Below, one piece after another: positions 50,801 to 64,000 of a stretch of DNA of 64,000 bases. Position 1 is the stretch's first letter. Each line of letters begins with the position of its first letter. Under the pieces are notes generated by a model, which worked only from the letters and a program-made list of their open reading frames with translations, was not told where the DNA came from and did no database searches. The stretch is taken from the NCBI RefSeq assembly GCF_009914755.1, contig NC_060946.1. One strand, given 5' to 3'. This DNA comes from the human T2T-CHM13v2.0 reference genome, Homo sapiens. Made by a program: the position numbers and the translations under genes.

Positions 50801-53481
50801 CAGAGAGCTTCTGTCTAGTTTTTATGTGAAGATATATCCTTTTTCACCATAGGCATCCATGGGAACAGAAACATCCCTTTGCAGATCCTACAAAAAGACT
50901 GTTTCCAAACTTCTCAACCAAAAGAATGGTTCAACTCTGTGAGATGAAAGCACATATCACAAAGAAGTTTCTCAGAAATCATCTGTCTAGTTTTTATGTG
51001 AAGCTATTTCCTATTTCATCCATAGGCCTCAATGGGATCAGAAATATCCCTTCACAGATTCTACAAAACGACTGTTTCCAAACTGATCAATCCAAAGACA
51101 GGTTCAGCTCTTTGAGTTGAATGCACACAACACAAAGAAGTTTCTCAGAATGCTTCTACCTAGTTTTTATGTGAAGATATTTCCTTTTCCCCAGAGGCCT
51201 TAAACTGTTCTCACATATACCTCTTCAGATACTACAAAAAGACTGTTTCCAGACTGCTCCATCAAAAGAAAATTTCAACTCTGTGAGATGAATGGATACA
51301 TCACAAAAAATTTTCTCAGAATACATCTGTCTACATTTTATCTGAAGATATTTCTTTTTCACCATAGGCCTCTAACTTCGCAGAAATATTCCTTTGCAGA
51401 TTTTACAAAAAGACTGTTTCCAAACTGCTCAATGAAAAGAAAGTTTCACTTCTGTGAGATGTATGCACTCATCAAAAGGAAGTTTCTCAGAAAGCTTCTG
51501 TTTAGATTTCATGTGAAGATATGTCCTTTTTCACCATAGGCCTCAAAGTGCTTGAAGTATCCTTTGCAGATTCTACAAAAAGACTGTTTCCAAACTGCTC
51601 AATCAAAAGAAAGGTTCAAACCTGTGAGATGAAAGCACACATCACTAAGAAGTTTCTCAGAATGCTTCTGTCTAGTTTTTAAGTGAAGATATTTCCTCTT
51701 TCACCATAGGTCTCAATGGGCTCAGAAATATCCCTTTGCAGATCCTACAAAATGACTGTTTCCAAACTGCTCAATCAAAACAAAGTTTCAACTCTGTCAG
51801 ATGAATGCACACATCACAAAGAAATTTCTCAGAATGCTTCTGTCTAGTTTTTATGTGAAGATATTTCCTTTTCCACCATAGGCCTCAAAGCGCTCCAAAT
51901 ATCCACTTGAACACTCTACGAAAGAGTTTTTCAAAACTGCTCAATCAAAAGAAAGCTTCAGCTCTGTGACATAAATGCACACAGCACAAAGAAGTTTCTC
52001 AGAATGCTTGTGTCTAGTTTTTATGTGAAGATGTTTCCTTTTCCACCAGAGGCCTCAAAGCACTTCAAATATACACTTGCAGATACTGCAAAAAGAGGGT
52101 TTCAAAACTGCTCAATCAAAAGAAAGTTGGAAGTCTGTGAGATGAATGCACACATCACAAAGAAGTTTCTAAGAATGCTTCCATCTGAATTTTATGTGAG
52201 GATATTTCCTTTTTCACCATAGGCCTCAATACGCTCCAAATATCCATTTATAGATAATACAAATGACTGTATCCAAACCGCTCAATCAAAAGAAAGTTCA
52301 ACTGTGTATGATGAATACACACATCACAAGGAAGTTTCTCAGAAAGTTTTTGTCTAATTTTTAGGTGAAGTTATTTCTTACTTCCCCAGAGGCCTCAATG
52401 GGCTCTCAAATATTCCCTTTCATATTCTACTAAACGACTGTATCGAATCTGCTCAATCAAAAGAAAGGTTTAACAGTGTGAGACGAAAATACACCTTCCT
52501 GGGAAGTTTCTCAGAATTCTTCTTTCTAGTTTTTTATGTGAAGATATTTCCTTTTCGACAATAGGCCTCAAATCGTTCCAAATATCCACTTGCAGATACT
52601 ACAAATAGAGCGTTTCAAAACTGCTCAATCAAAAGAAAGGTTCAACTCTGTGAGATGAATGCAGACATCACAAAGAAGTTTCTCAGAATGCTTCTGCCTT
52701 GTTTTTATGTGAAGATATTTCCTTTTTCACCATAGGCCTCAAAGCACTGGTAATATCCATTTGCAGGTACTACAAAAAGACTGTTCCCAAACAGCTCAAT
52801 AAAAAGAAAGTTTCAACTCTGAGATGAAAGCAAATATCACAAAGAAGTTTCTCGGAAACTTTCTATCTAGTTTTTATGTGAACATATTTCTTATCACCCC
52901 ATAGACCTCAATGGCTCACAAGTATCCTTCTGCAGATTATAAAAAACGACTGTTTCCAAACCACTCAATCACAGGAAAGGTTCCACTCTGTGAAATGAAT
53001 GCACCCATCACAGAGAAGTTTCTCAGAATGCTTCTGTCTCGTTTTTATGTGAAGAAGATTCCTTTTCCACCATATTCCTCATACACTCTAAATAAACACT
53101 TGCAGATTCTGCTATAATAGTGTTTCAAAACTGCTCAATCAAAAGAAAGGTTCTAGTCAGTGAGATGAATGCACACATCACAAAGAAGTTTCTATGAATG
53201 CTTCTGTCTGATTTATATTGAAGATATTTCCTTTTTCACCATAGGCCTCAGAGCGCTTAAAATATCCATTTGCAGATACTAGAAAAAGACTGTTTCCAAA
53301 CTGCTCAATCAAAATAAAGTTCAACTCAGTGAGATGAATGCACACATCACAAAGACGTTTCTGAGAAAGATTCTGTCTAGTTTTTATGTGAAGATATTTC
53401 CTATTTCCCCAGAGGCATCAATGGGCTCACAAATATTCCTTTGCATATTCTACAAAATGACTGTTTAGAAGGTGCTCAGTC

Positions 53482-53494
53482 AAAAAAAAAAAAA
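53482..53494 (+). repeat. A13 homopolymer expansion within an alpha monomer
   Basis: ctcagtc-A13-gtgcaa replaces the usual ctcaatcaaaagaaaggttcaa. Confidence 0.85.
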
Positions 53495-54399
53495 GTGCAA
53501 CACTGTGAGATGAACGTGCACATTCAAAGGAAGTTTCTCAGAATTCTTCTGTCTAGTTTTTATGTGAAGATATTTCCTTTTTCACTATAGGCCACAAAGT
53601 GCTCCAAATATCCACTTGCAGACTCTACAAAAAGAGTGTATCCACACTGCTCAATCAAAAGAAAATTTCAACTGTGTGAGATGAATGCACACATCACAAA
53701 TAAATTTCTCCAAAACTTCTGCCTACTTTTTATGGGAAGATATTTCGTTTTTCAACATAGGCCAAAAGCGCTCCAAATATCAATTTGCAGATTCTACAAA
53801 AAGACTGTTTCCAAACTGCTCAATCAAGAGAAAGTTTCAACTCGGTGAGTTGAAGTCACACATGACAAAATAGTTTCTCAGAAAGTATCTGTCTAGTTTT
53901 TATGTGAAGATATTTCCTATCTCCACAGAAGCCTCAATGGGCTCACAAATATCCCTTTGCAGATTCTACAAAACGACAGTTTCAAAACTGTGAATCAAAA
54001 GAAAGGTTCAACTCTTTGAGATGAATGCACACAACATGAAGTTCCTCAGAATGCTTCTGTCTATTTTTATGTGAAGATATATTCTTTTCTACCATAGACC
54101 ACAAAACGCTCCAAATATCCCCTTGCAGTTTCTACTAAAAGAGTGTTTCCAAACTGCTCAATCAAAAGAAAGTTTCAACTCTGTGAGATGAATGAATACA
54201 TCATTAAGAAGTTTCTCAGTAATTTTCTGTCTAGTTTTTATGTGAAGATATTTCCTTTCCTACTATAGGCCTGAAAGTGCTCCAAATATCCGTTTGCAGA
54301 TACTGCAAAAAGACTGTTTCCAAACTGCTCAATCAAAGGAAAGGTCCAACTCTGTGATTTGAAAGCACGCATCTCAAAGAGATTACTCAGAATGATTCT

Positions 54400-57300
54400 G
54401 TCTAGTTTTTATGTGAAGATATTTGCTTTTCCACCAGTGGCCTCAAACTCTCCAAATATCCACTTGCAGATTCTACAAGAGTGTTTCAAAACTGCTCAAT
54501 CAAAAGAAAGTTTCAACACTGTGAGATGAATGCACAAATCACAAAGCACTTTCTTAGAATGCTTCTGTCTAGCTTTTATGTGAAGATATTTCCTTTTTCA
54601 CCATAGGCTGCAAAGTGCTCCAAATATCCCCTTCAGATTCTACAGAAAGAGTGTTTCAAAACTGTTCAGTCAAAAGAAAAATTCAACTCTGGTGATGAAT
54701 GCACGCATCACAAAGCAGTTTCTCATGTTTCTGTCTAGTTTTTATGTAAAGATATTTCGTTTTCCACTATAGGCCGTAATGCGCTCCAAATATCCACTTG
54801 CAGATTCTACAAAAAGACTGTTTCCGAACTGCTCAATCAAAAGAAAAGTTCAACTTTGAGTTGAATGAGCACATCACAAAGAAGTTTCTCAGAGTGCTTC
54901 TGTCTAGTTTTTAAGTGAATATATTTCCTTTTCCACCACAGGCCACAAACACTCCAAATATCCACTTGAAGATTCTACAAAAAGAGTGCTTCAAAAATGC
55001 TCAATCAAAAGAAAGTTTCAACTCTTTGAGATGGATGCACACATCACAAAGAAGCTTCTCAGAATGTTTCTGTCTAGTTTTTTTGTGAAGATATTTCCTT
55101 TTCCACCGTAGTCCTCAAGTCTCTCCAAATATCTACTTTCAGAATCTCCAAAAGAGTGTTTTAAAACTGCTGTACCAAAGAAAGTTTCAAGTCTGAGATA
55201 TGACTGCACACAACACAGAGAAGTTTTTCAGAGTGCTTCTATTTATTTTTTTTATGAAGATATTTCCTTTTCCACTATTGGCCACAGAGCGCTCCAAATA
55301 TCCACTTGCAGATTCTTCAAAAAGAGTGTTTCCAGACTGCTCAATCAAAAGAAAGGTTCAACTCTGTTAGTTGAATGCACACATTACAACAAAGTTTCTC
55401 AGAATGCTTCTGTCTAGTTTTTAGGTGAAGATATTCCCTTTTAAACTGTAGTCTGCAAAGCACTCCAAATATACACTTGCAGATTCTACAAAAAGAGTGT
55501 TTCAAAATTGCTCAATCAAAAGAAGGGTTCAACAGTGTTAGTTGAATGCACACATCACAAAGAATTTTCCCAGAATGCTTCTGTCTAGTTTTTATGTGAA
55601 GATATATCCGTTTCCACCATAGGCCCCAAAGCACTCCAAATATCCACTGGTAGAGTCTACAAATGTGCGTTTCAATACTGCTCAATCAAAAGAAACGTTC
55701 AACTCTGTGAGATGAAAGCACGCATCACAAAGTTGTTTCTCAGAATGCTCTGTCGAGTTTTTATGTGAAGATATTTCCTTTTATACCGTAGGCCCCAAAG
55801 TGTTCCAAATATCCACCTTCAGATTCTACAAAAAGTGTGTTTCAAAACTGCTCAATCAAAAGAAAGGTTCAAACCTGTGAGATGAATGCACACATCACAA
55901 AGGAGTTTCTCAGAATGCTTCTGTCTAGTTTTTATGTGAAGTTATTTCCTTTACCACCATAGGGCTGAAAGAGCTCCAAATGTCCACTTGCAGATTCTAC
56001 AAAAAGAGTGTTTCAAATTGCTCAATCAAAAGAAAAGTTCAACTCTGTGAGGAGAATGCACACATCACAAAAAGTTTCGCAGAATGCTTCTTTCCGTTTT
56101 TTATGTGAAGATATTTCCTTTTCCACTTGAGGCTGGAAAGCGCTTCAAATATCCAATTTCAGATTCTGCAAAAGAGTGTTTCAAAACTGCTCAATCAAAG
56201 GAAAGGTACAATTCAGTGAACTGAATGTGCACATCAGAAGGAAGTTTCTCAGAATACCTCTGTGCAGTTATTATGTGAAGATATTTACTTTTCCACCATA
56301 GGCCCCAAGGCTCTCCAAATATCCAATTGCAGATTCAACAAAAACTGTGTTTCAAAACTGCTCAATCAAAAGAAAGGTTCAACTCTGTGGGAGGAATGCT
56401 CACATCACACACAGGTTTCTCAGAATGCTTCTTTCTTTTTTCTGTGTGAAGATATTTCCTTTTCCACTAGAGTATGCAAAGCACTCAAAATATCCACTTG
56501 CAGATTTTACAAAAGGGTGTTTCTAAAGTGCTAAATCAAAATAAAGTTTCAAGTCTGTGAGATGAATACATATATCCCAAAGAAGTTTCTCAGAATGCTT
56601 CTGTCTAGTTTTTATGTGAAGATATAAAATTTTCCACTATAGGCCACAAAGCGCTTCAAATATCCACTTGCATATTCTCCAAAAAGAGTGTTTCAAAACT
56701 GATGAATCAAAAGAAAGGTTCAACTGTGTGAGATGAATGCACACATCACAAAGAAGTTTCTCAGAATGCTTCTGTCTAGTTTTATGTGAAGATATTTCCT
56801 CTACCATAGGGAACAAAGCACTCCAAATATCCACTTACAGATTCTACAAAAATGGTGTTTCAAAACTGCTCAAACAAAACAAAGTTTCAACTCTGTGAGA
56901 TCATTGCACACATCATAAAGAAGTTTCTCAGAATGCTTCTGTGTAGTTTTTATGTGAAGATGTTTCCTTTTCCACCATAGGCCTCAAAGTGTTCCATATA
57001 TCTACCTGCAGATTCTACAAAAAGAGTGTTTCGAAACTACTTAATCAAAAGAAAGGTTCAACCCAGTGAGATGAATGCACTCGTCACAGAGAAGATTCCC
57101 AGAATGCTTCTGTCTAGTTTTTATGTGAAGATATTTCCTTTTCCACTATAGGAGGCAAAGCATTCCAAATATCCAATTGCGGTTTCCACAAAAAAAGTGT
57201 TCCAAAACTGCTCAATGAAAGGAAATGTTGAATTATGTGAGATAAAAGCACACATCATAAAGGAGTTTCTAAGAATACTTTTGTGTGGTTTTTATGTGAA

Positions 57301-60300
57301 GATATTTCCTTTTCAACTATAGGCCTCAAAGCGCTCCAAATATACATTTGCAGAAGCTACAAAAAGAATGTTTCCAAACTCCTCAAAGATACGTTCAACT
57401 TTGTGAGTTGAATGCACATATCACAAAGTAGTTTCTCAGAATGCTTCTGTCCAGATTTTAATTGAAGATATTTCCTTTACCAACATAGGCCTCAAAGCTC
57501 TCCAAATATCGAATTGCAGGTTCTACAAAAACAGTGTTTGAATACTGCTCAAACAAAAGTAAGGTTCAACCCTGTGAGATGAATGCACACATCACACAGA
57601 AGTTTCTCAGAATGCTTCTGTGTAGTTTTTATGTGAAGATATTTCCTTTACCACCATAGGCCTCAAAGCGCTCCAAATATCCACTTACAGATACTCCAAA
57701 AAGAGTGTTTCAAAACTGCTCAATCAAAAGAAAGGTTGAACTCTTTGAGATGAATGCACACATGAAAAAGTAGTTTTTCAGAATGCTTCTGTCTAGTTTT
57801 TATGTGAATATACATCCTTTTCCACTATAGGCCACAAAATGTTCCAAACACCCGCTTGCAGATTCTACAAAAAGAGTGTTTCAAAAGTCCTCAATAAAAA
57901 AAGTTAAAACTCTGTGATGTGAATGAACACATCACAAAGAAGATTCTCAGAATCTTCTGTCTAGTTGTTACGTGAAGATATTTGCTTTTCCACCATAGTC
58001 ATCAAAGCACTCTAAATATCCACTTGCAGATTCTACAAAAAGAGTGTTTCTAAACTGCTCAATCAAAAGAAAGGTTCAACTCTGTGAGCTGAAAGCACAC
58101 ATCACAAAGAAGTTTCTCAGAATGCGTCTGTCTGGCTTTTATGCAAAGTTATTTCCTTTTCCACAATACTCCACAAAGCCCTCTGAGTATCTACTTGCAG
58201 AATCTACAAAAAGAGTGTTTCAAAACTGCACAATCAAAAGAATGGTTCAACTCTGTGAGTTGTATGCACACATCACAAAGAAGTTTTTCAGAGTGCTTTT
58301 GTATAGTTTTTATGTGAAGATATTTCATTTCACCAGAGGCCCCAAAGTGCTCCAAATATCCACTTGCAGATTCTACAAAAAGAGGGATTCAAAACTGCTC
58401 AATCAAAAGAAAGCTTCAACTCTGTGAGTTGAATGCACACATCACAAAGACGTTTCTCACAATGCTTCTCCATAGTTTTTATATGAAGATATTTCCATTT
58501 CCACCATTCTCTCCAAAGTGTTCCAAATATCCACTTGCAGATTCTACAAAAAGAGTGTTTCAAAACTGTTCAATCGAATTAAAGTTTCTTCTCTTTGAGA
58601 AGAATGCACATATCACAAAGAAGTTTCTCAGAATGCTTCTGTGTAGTTTTTATGTGAAGGTATTTCCTTTTACACCATAGGTCACAAAGGGCTCCAAATA
58701 TTCCTTGCAGATTCTACATAAAGAGAGTTTCAGAACTCCTCTATCAAAAGATAGATACAACGCTGAGTTCAATGCACACATCTCAAAGAAGTTTCTCAGA
58801 ATGCTTCTGTTTAGTTTTTATGTGAAGATATTTCCATTTCTACAATAGGCCTCAAAACGCTCCAAGTATCCACTTGTAGATTTTACTAAAAGAGTGTTTC
58901 CAACTGTTCAATCAAAAGAAATTTACGACTCTGTGAGATGAATGCACAAGTCACACAGAACTTTCTCAGAATGCTTCTGTGTAGTTTTTATGTGAAGATA
59001 TTTCCTTTTCCACAATGGGCCTCAAAGTGCTCTATGAGATGAATGCACACGTCAAAAGACATTTCTCAGAATGCTTCTGTGTAGTTTTTATGTGAAGATA
59101 TTTCCTTTTCCACCATAGGCCGCAAAGGCCTCCAAATATCCACTTGCAGATTCTACAAAAAGAGAGTTTCAAAATTGCTCAATCAAAAGATAGGTTCAAC
59201 TCTGTGAGCTGAATGCACTCATCACAAACAAGTTTCTCAGAATGCTTCTGTGTAGTTTTTATGTGAAGATATTTCTTTTTCCACAATAGGCCTCTAAGCA
59301 CTACAAATATCCACTTGCAGATTCTACAAATAGTGGGTTTCAAAACTGCTCAATCAATAGAAATGTTCATCAATGGGTGTTGAATGAACATGTCACAAAG
59401 AAGTTTCTCAGAATGCTTCTGTGTAGCTTTATATGAAGATATTTCCTTTTCCTCCCTAGGCCTCAATGCACTCCAAATATCTACTTGCAGATTCTACAAA
59501 AATAGTGTTTCAAAATTGTTCAATCAAAAGAAAATTGAACTCTGTGAGATGAATGCATACATTTCAAAGAAGTTTCTCAGAAAGAATCTGTGTTGTTTTT
59601 ATGTGAAGATATTTTCTTTTCCACAATAGGCCTCAAAGGGCTCCAAATACCCACTTGCAGCTCCTACAAAAAGAGATATTCAAATCTGCTCAATCAAAAG
59701 ATAAGTTCACCTCTGTGAGTTTAACACACACATCACAAAGTAGTTTCTCAGAATGCTTCTTTGTAGTGTTTATGTGAAGATATTTCTTTTTCCACAATAG
59801 ACCTCAAAGTGCTCCAAATATCCACTTCTAAATTCTCCAAAAGAGTGTGGCAAAACTGCTCATAACAAGGAAAGTTTCAACTCTGTGAGATGAATGCACA
59901 CATCACCAAGAAATTTGTCAGAATTTTTCTGTGTGGTTTTTATGTGAAAATATTTCCTTTTCCACAGTAGGCCTCAAAGCGCTCCAAATATCCACTTGCA
60001 GCATCTACAAAGCCAGTGTTTCAAATCTGCTCAATCATAAGATAGGTTCAACTCTGTGAGAAGAATGCACACATCACGAAGAAGTTTCTCAGAATGCCTC
60101 TGTGTAGTTTTTATGTGAAGATGTTTCCTTTTCCAAAATAGGCCTCAAAGCCCACCAAATATCCACTTGCAGATTCTACAAAAAGAGAGATTCAAAACTG
60201 CTCAATCAAAAGATAGGTTAAACTCTGTGACTTGAATTCACACATCACAAAGAAGTTTCTCAGAATGCTTATTTGTAGTTTTTATGTGAAGATATTACCT

Positions 60301-63300
60301 TTTCCACAATAGGCCTCAAAGCACTCCAAATATCCACTTGCAGATTCTACGAACAGAGTGTTTCAAAACTTCTCAATCAAAAGATAGGTTCAACTCTCTG
60401 AGTTGAATGCATACATCATAAAGAAGTATCTCAGAATGATTTTGTGTAGTTTTTACGTGAAGATATTTTCTTTTCCACAACAGTCCTGAAAGCCCTCCAA
60501 GTATCCACTTGCAGATTCTACAAAGAGAGTGTTTCAAATGTACTCAATCATAAAATATGTCCAAATCTATGAGATGAATGCACACATCACAAAGAAGTTT
60601 CTCAGAATGCTTCTGTGTAGTATTTATTTGAAGATATTTCCTTATCCTCCATTGGCTGCAAAGGGCTTCAAATATCCACTTGCAGATTCTGCAAAAAGAG
60701 AAATTCAAAACTGTTCAATCAAAAGATACGTTCAACTCTATGAGATGAATGCACACATCACAAAGAAGTTTCTCAGAATGCTTCTGTGTAGTTTTTATGG
60801 GAAGATATTTCCTTTTCCACAATAGGTCTAAAAGCGCTCCAAATATCCACTTTCAGATTCTACAAAAAGAGTGTTTCAAAAGTTCTCAATCAAAAGAAAC
60901 TTTCATCTCTGTGGGATGAATGCACACATCACAGAGATGTTTCTCAGAATGCTTCTGTGTGGTTTTTACATGAAGATATTTGCTTTTCCACAGTAGGCCT
61001 CAATGTGCTCCAAATATCCACTTGCACATTCTATAAAAACAGTGTTTCAAAACTGCTCAATCAAAAGAAACGTAGAACTCTGTTAGATGAATACACACAA
61101 CAAAAAGTAGTTTCTCAGAATAAATCTGTGTAGGTTTTATGTGAAGATATTTCCTTTTACAAAATAGGCCAAAAAGCACTCCAAATATACACCTGAAGAT
61201 TCTGCAAAGAGAGTGTTTCAAAGCTGCTCAGTCATAAGATAGGTTCTTCTCTGTGAGATGAATGCACACATCACAAAGAAGTTTCTCAGAACGCTTCTGT
61301 GTAGTTTTTATTTGAAGATATTTCCTTTGCCTCCATGGACTGCAAAGGGCTCCAAATATCCACTTGCAAATCCGAGAAAAAAAGAGATCCAAAACCGCTC
61401 AATTGAAAGATAGGTTCAAGACTGTGAGTTGAATGCACACATCACAAAGAAGTTTCTCAGAATGCTTCTGTGTAGTTTTTTTGTGAAGATATTTCCTTTT
61501 CCAAAATAGACCTCAAAGCGCTCCAATTATCCACTTGCAGATTCTACAAAAAAGTGTTTCAAAACTGCTCAATAATAAGATAGGTTCAACTCTGTGATAT
61601 TAAGGCACACATCACGTAGAAGTTTCTCAGAATGCTTCTGTGTAGTTTTTATTTGAAGATATTTCCTTTTCCACCATAGGCCACAAAGGGCTCCAAATGT
61701 CCACTTGCAGATAATAAAAAAAGTGAGATTCAAAACTGTTCCATCAAAAGATAGGTTCGACTCTGTGAGTTGAATGGACACATCACAAAGAAGTTTCTCA
61801 GAATGCTTTTGTGTAGTTTTTATGTGACGATACTTTCTATTCCAAAATAGGCCTAAATTCTCCCCAAATATCTACTTGCAGATTCTACAAAAAGAGTGTT
61901 TCAAAACTGCTCAATCAAAAGAAAAGTTAAACTCTTGAGATGAATGCACCCATCACAAAGAAGTTTCTCAGAATACTTCTGTGTAGTATTTATGTGAAGA
62001 TATTTCTTCTTCCACAATAGGGCTCAAAGTGCTCCAAATATCCACTTGCACATTCTACAAAAAGTGTGTTTCAGCGCTGTTCAATCATAAGATATATTCA
62101 AATATGTGAGGTGAATGCACACATGACAAAGTAGTTTCTCACAATGCTTCTGTGCTTTTTTATTTGAAGATATTTCCCTTTCCAGTACAGACCACAAAAG
62201 GCTCCAAATATCGACTTGCAGAATCTACAAAAAGAGTTCTTCAAAACTGCTCAATCATGATAGGTTCACCTGTGTGAATTGAATGCACACATCACCAAGA
62301 AGTTTCTTAGAATGCTTCTATGTAGCTTTTATTTGAAGATATTTCCTTTGCCTCCATGGACCACAAAGGGCTCCAAACATCCACTTGCAGGTTCTTGAAA
62401 AAGAGAGATCCAAAACTGCTCAATCAAAAGATAAGTTCAAGGCTGTGAGTTGAATGCACACATCACAAAGAAGTTTCTCAGAAGGCTTCAGTGCAGTTTT
62501 TATGTGAAGGTATTTCCCTTTCTACCATAAGCCACAAAGGTCTCCAAATATCCACTTGCAGATTCTACAAAAAGAATGCTTCAAAACTGCTCAATCAAAA
62601 GAAAGTTTTAACTCTGGGAGATGAATGCATACATCATAGGGAAGTTTCTCAGAACGCTTCTGTGTAGTTTTTATGTGAAGATAATTCCTTTTCCAAAAAG
62701 CCTCAAAGCCCACCAAATATCCACTTGCTGATTCTACAAAAAGAGTGTTTGAAGTCTGCTGAATTAAAAGACAGGTTCAACTCTGTGAGATGAATGCACA
62801 AATCACGTAGAAGTTTCTGAGAATGCTTCTGTGTAGTTTCTATTTGAAGATATTTCCTTTTCCTCCATAGACCACAAATTGCTCCAAATATCCACTTCCA
62901 GATTCTAGAAAAAGAGAGATCCAAAATTGCTCAATCAAAAGATAGGTTCAAGACTGTGAGTTGAAGACACAAACCACAAAGAAGTTTCTCAGAATGCTTC
63001 TGTGTAGTTTTTATGTGAAGATATTTCATTTTCCACAATAGGCCTCCAAGCCCACAAAATATCCACCTGCTGATACTACAAAAAGAGTGTGTCAAATCTG
63101 CTCAATCAAAAGACAGGTTCAACTCTGGGAGATGAATGCACACATCACAGGGAAGTTTCCCAGAATGCTTCTGTGTAGTTTATATGTGAAGATATTTCCT
63201 TTCCCAAACTAGACCTCAAAGCGCTCCAAATATCCACTTGCAGATTCTACCAAAAGAGTGTTTCAAAACTGCTCAATTAAAAGAATGGTTCAACTCTGTG

Positions 63301-64000
63301 AGATGAATGCACACATCACAAAGAAGTTTCTCAGAATGCTTCTGTGTAGTTTTTATGTGAAGATACTTCCTTTTCCAAAATAGGCCTAAAAATCCCTCTA
63401 AATATCCACTTGCAGATTCTACAGAAAGAGTGTTTCAAAACTGCTCAATCAAAAGAAAAGTTCAAATCTATGTGATGAATGCACTCATCACAAATTAGCT
63501 TCTCAGAATGATTAGTTTCTCAGAATGTTTCAGAGTAGTTTTTATGTGAAATTATTTCCTTTTCCACAATAGGCCTCAAAGCCCTCCAAACATCCTCTTG
63601 CAGATTCTACAAAACAGTGTTTCAAAACTCCTCAATCAAAAGAAAGTTTCAACACTGTGAGATGAATGCACACATCACAAAGTAGTTTCTCAGAATGCCT
63701 CTGTGTGGTTTTTATGTGAAGATATTTGTTTTTCCACAGTAGGCCTCAAAGGGCTCCAAATATCCACTTGCAGATTCTACAAAAACTGTGTTTCAAAGCT
63801 GCTCAATCAAAAGAAACTGTCAACTCTGTCAAATGAATGCACACATCACAAAGTAGTTTCTCAGAATCCTTCTGTGTAGTTTTTATGTGAAGATATTTCC
63901 TTTTCCACTATAGTCCTCAAAGTACTCAAAATATCCACTTGCAGATTCTACAGAAAGAGTGTTTCAAAATTGCTCAATCAAAAGAAATGTTCAACTCTGT
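54400..64000 (-). repeat. Alpha layer of 171-bp-type monomers (ctccaaatatccacttgcag / gagtgtttcaaaac), closer to the general alpha consensus (M1/SF4-like, tentative)
   Basis: Uniform tatccacttgcag, gagtgtttcaaaac and cagaatgcttc. tctgtgtag and ccacaatagg become common after ~57-58 kb. Confidence 0.7.

Larger units (their letters stand above)
42239..64000 (-). repeat. Monomeric/diverged alpha satellite, reverse orientation, several monomer-type layers; open at the window end
   Basis: Tandem ctagtttttatgtgaagatatttcctttt(t/c)caccataggcctcaaag...gcagattctacaaaaaga...aactgctcaatcaaaagaaaggttcaactctgtgagatgaatgcacacatcacaaagaagtttctcagaa. No CENP-B box and no homogeneous HOR seen. Confidence 0.97.

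Noticed and set aside
33004-62924. Recurrent MNAHITKKFLRMLLSSFYVKIFPFSP-type ORFs
   Set aside because: Translation of alpha-satellite monomers, not a gene family.
31094-64000. CRISPR-like repeat-spacer array or other prokaryotic system
   Set aside because: Units are contiguous ~171-bp homologous monomers with no unique spacers and no cas or other genes. The DNA is primate satellite.
31094-64000. CENP-B boxes or an active centromeric HOR
   Set aside because: No TTCG-N4-A-N2-CGGG match was seen by eye on either strand, and monomers are heavily diverged with pJalpha-type boxes. A regex scan would confirm.
1-64000. Assignment to a specific chromosome or species
   Set aside because: HSat3-monomeric alpha boundaries occur at several loci and in other apes. 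Assignment needs alignment to assemblies.

Overview
This is primate (human or hominoid-like) pericentromeric heterochromatin and contains no protein-coding gene. Bases 1-~31090 are a diverged Human Satellite 3-type (CATTC)n array with the C-rich strand on +. It grades from CATTC/CATTCGA-rich to CACTC-rich and, near its edge, carries two 64-bp antisense AluJ-like fragments inside a ~1.71-kb tandem duplication. At ~31094 it abuts diverged monomeric alpha satellite (pJalpha/A-box type; no CENP-B box seen by eye). The alpha satellite is in forward orientation to ~42238, interrupted by a ~1.17-kb 5'-truncated antisense L1PA element, then switches strand and runs in reverse to the window end through several monomer-type layers with relic 5-, 6-, 7-, 10- and 15-monomer duplications. 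All supplied ORFs are repeat artefacts except two broken L1 ORF2 fragments. I cannot support a new protein-based system. The notable signals are structural and evolutionary. Coordinates and offsets were read by eye and may be off by a few bases.
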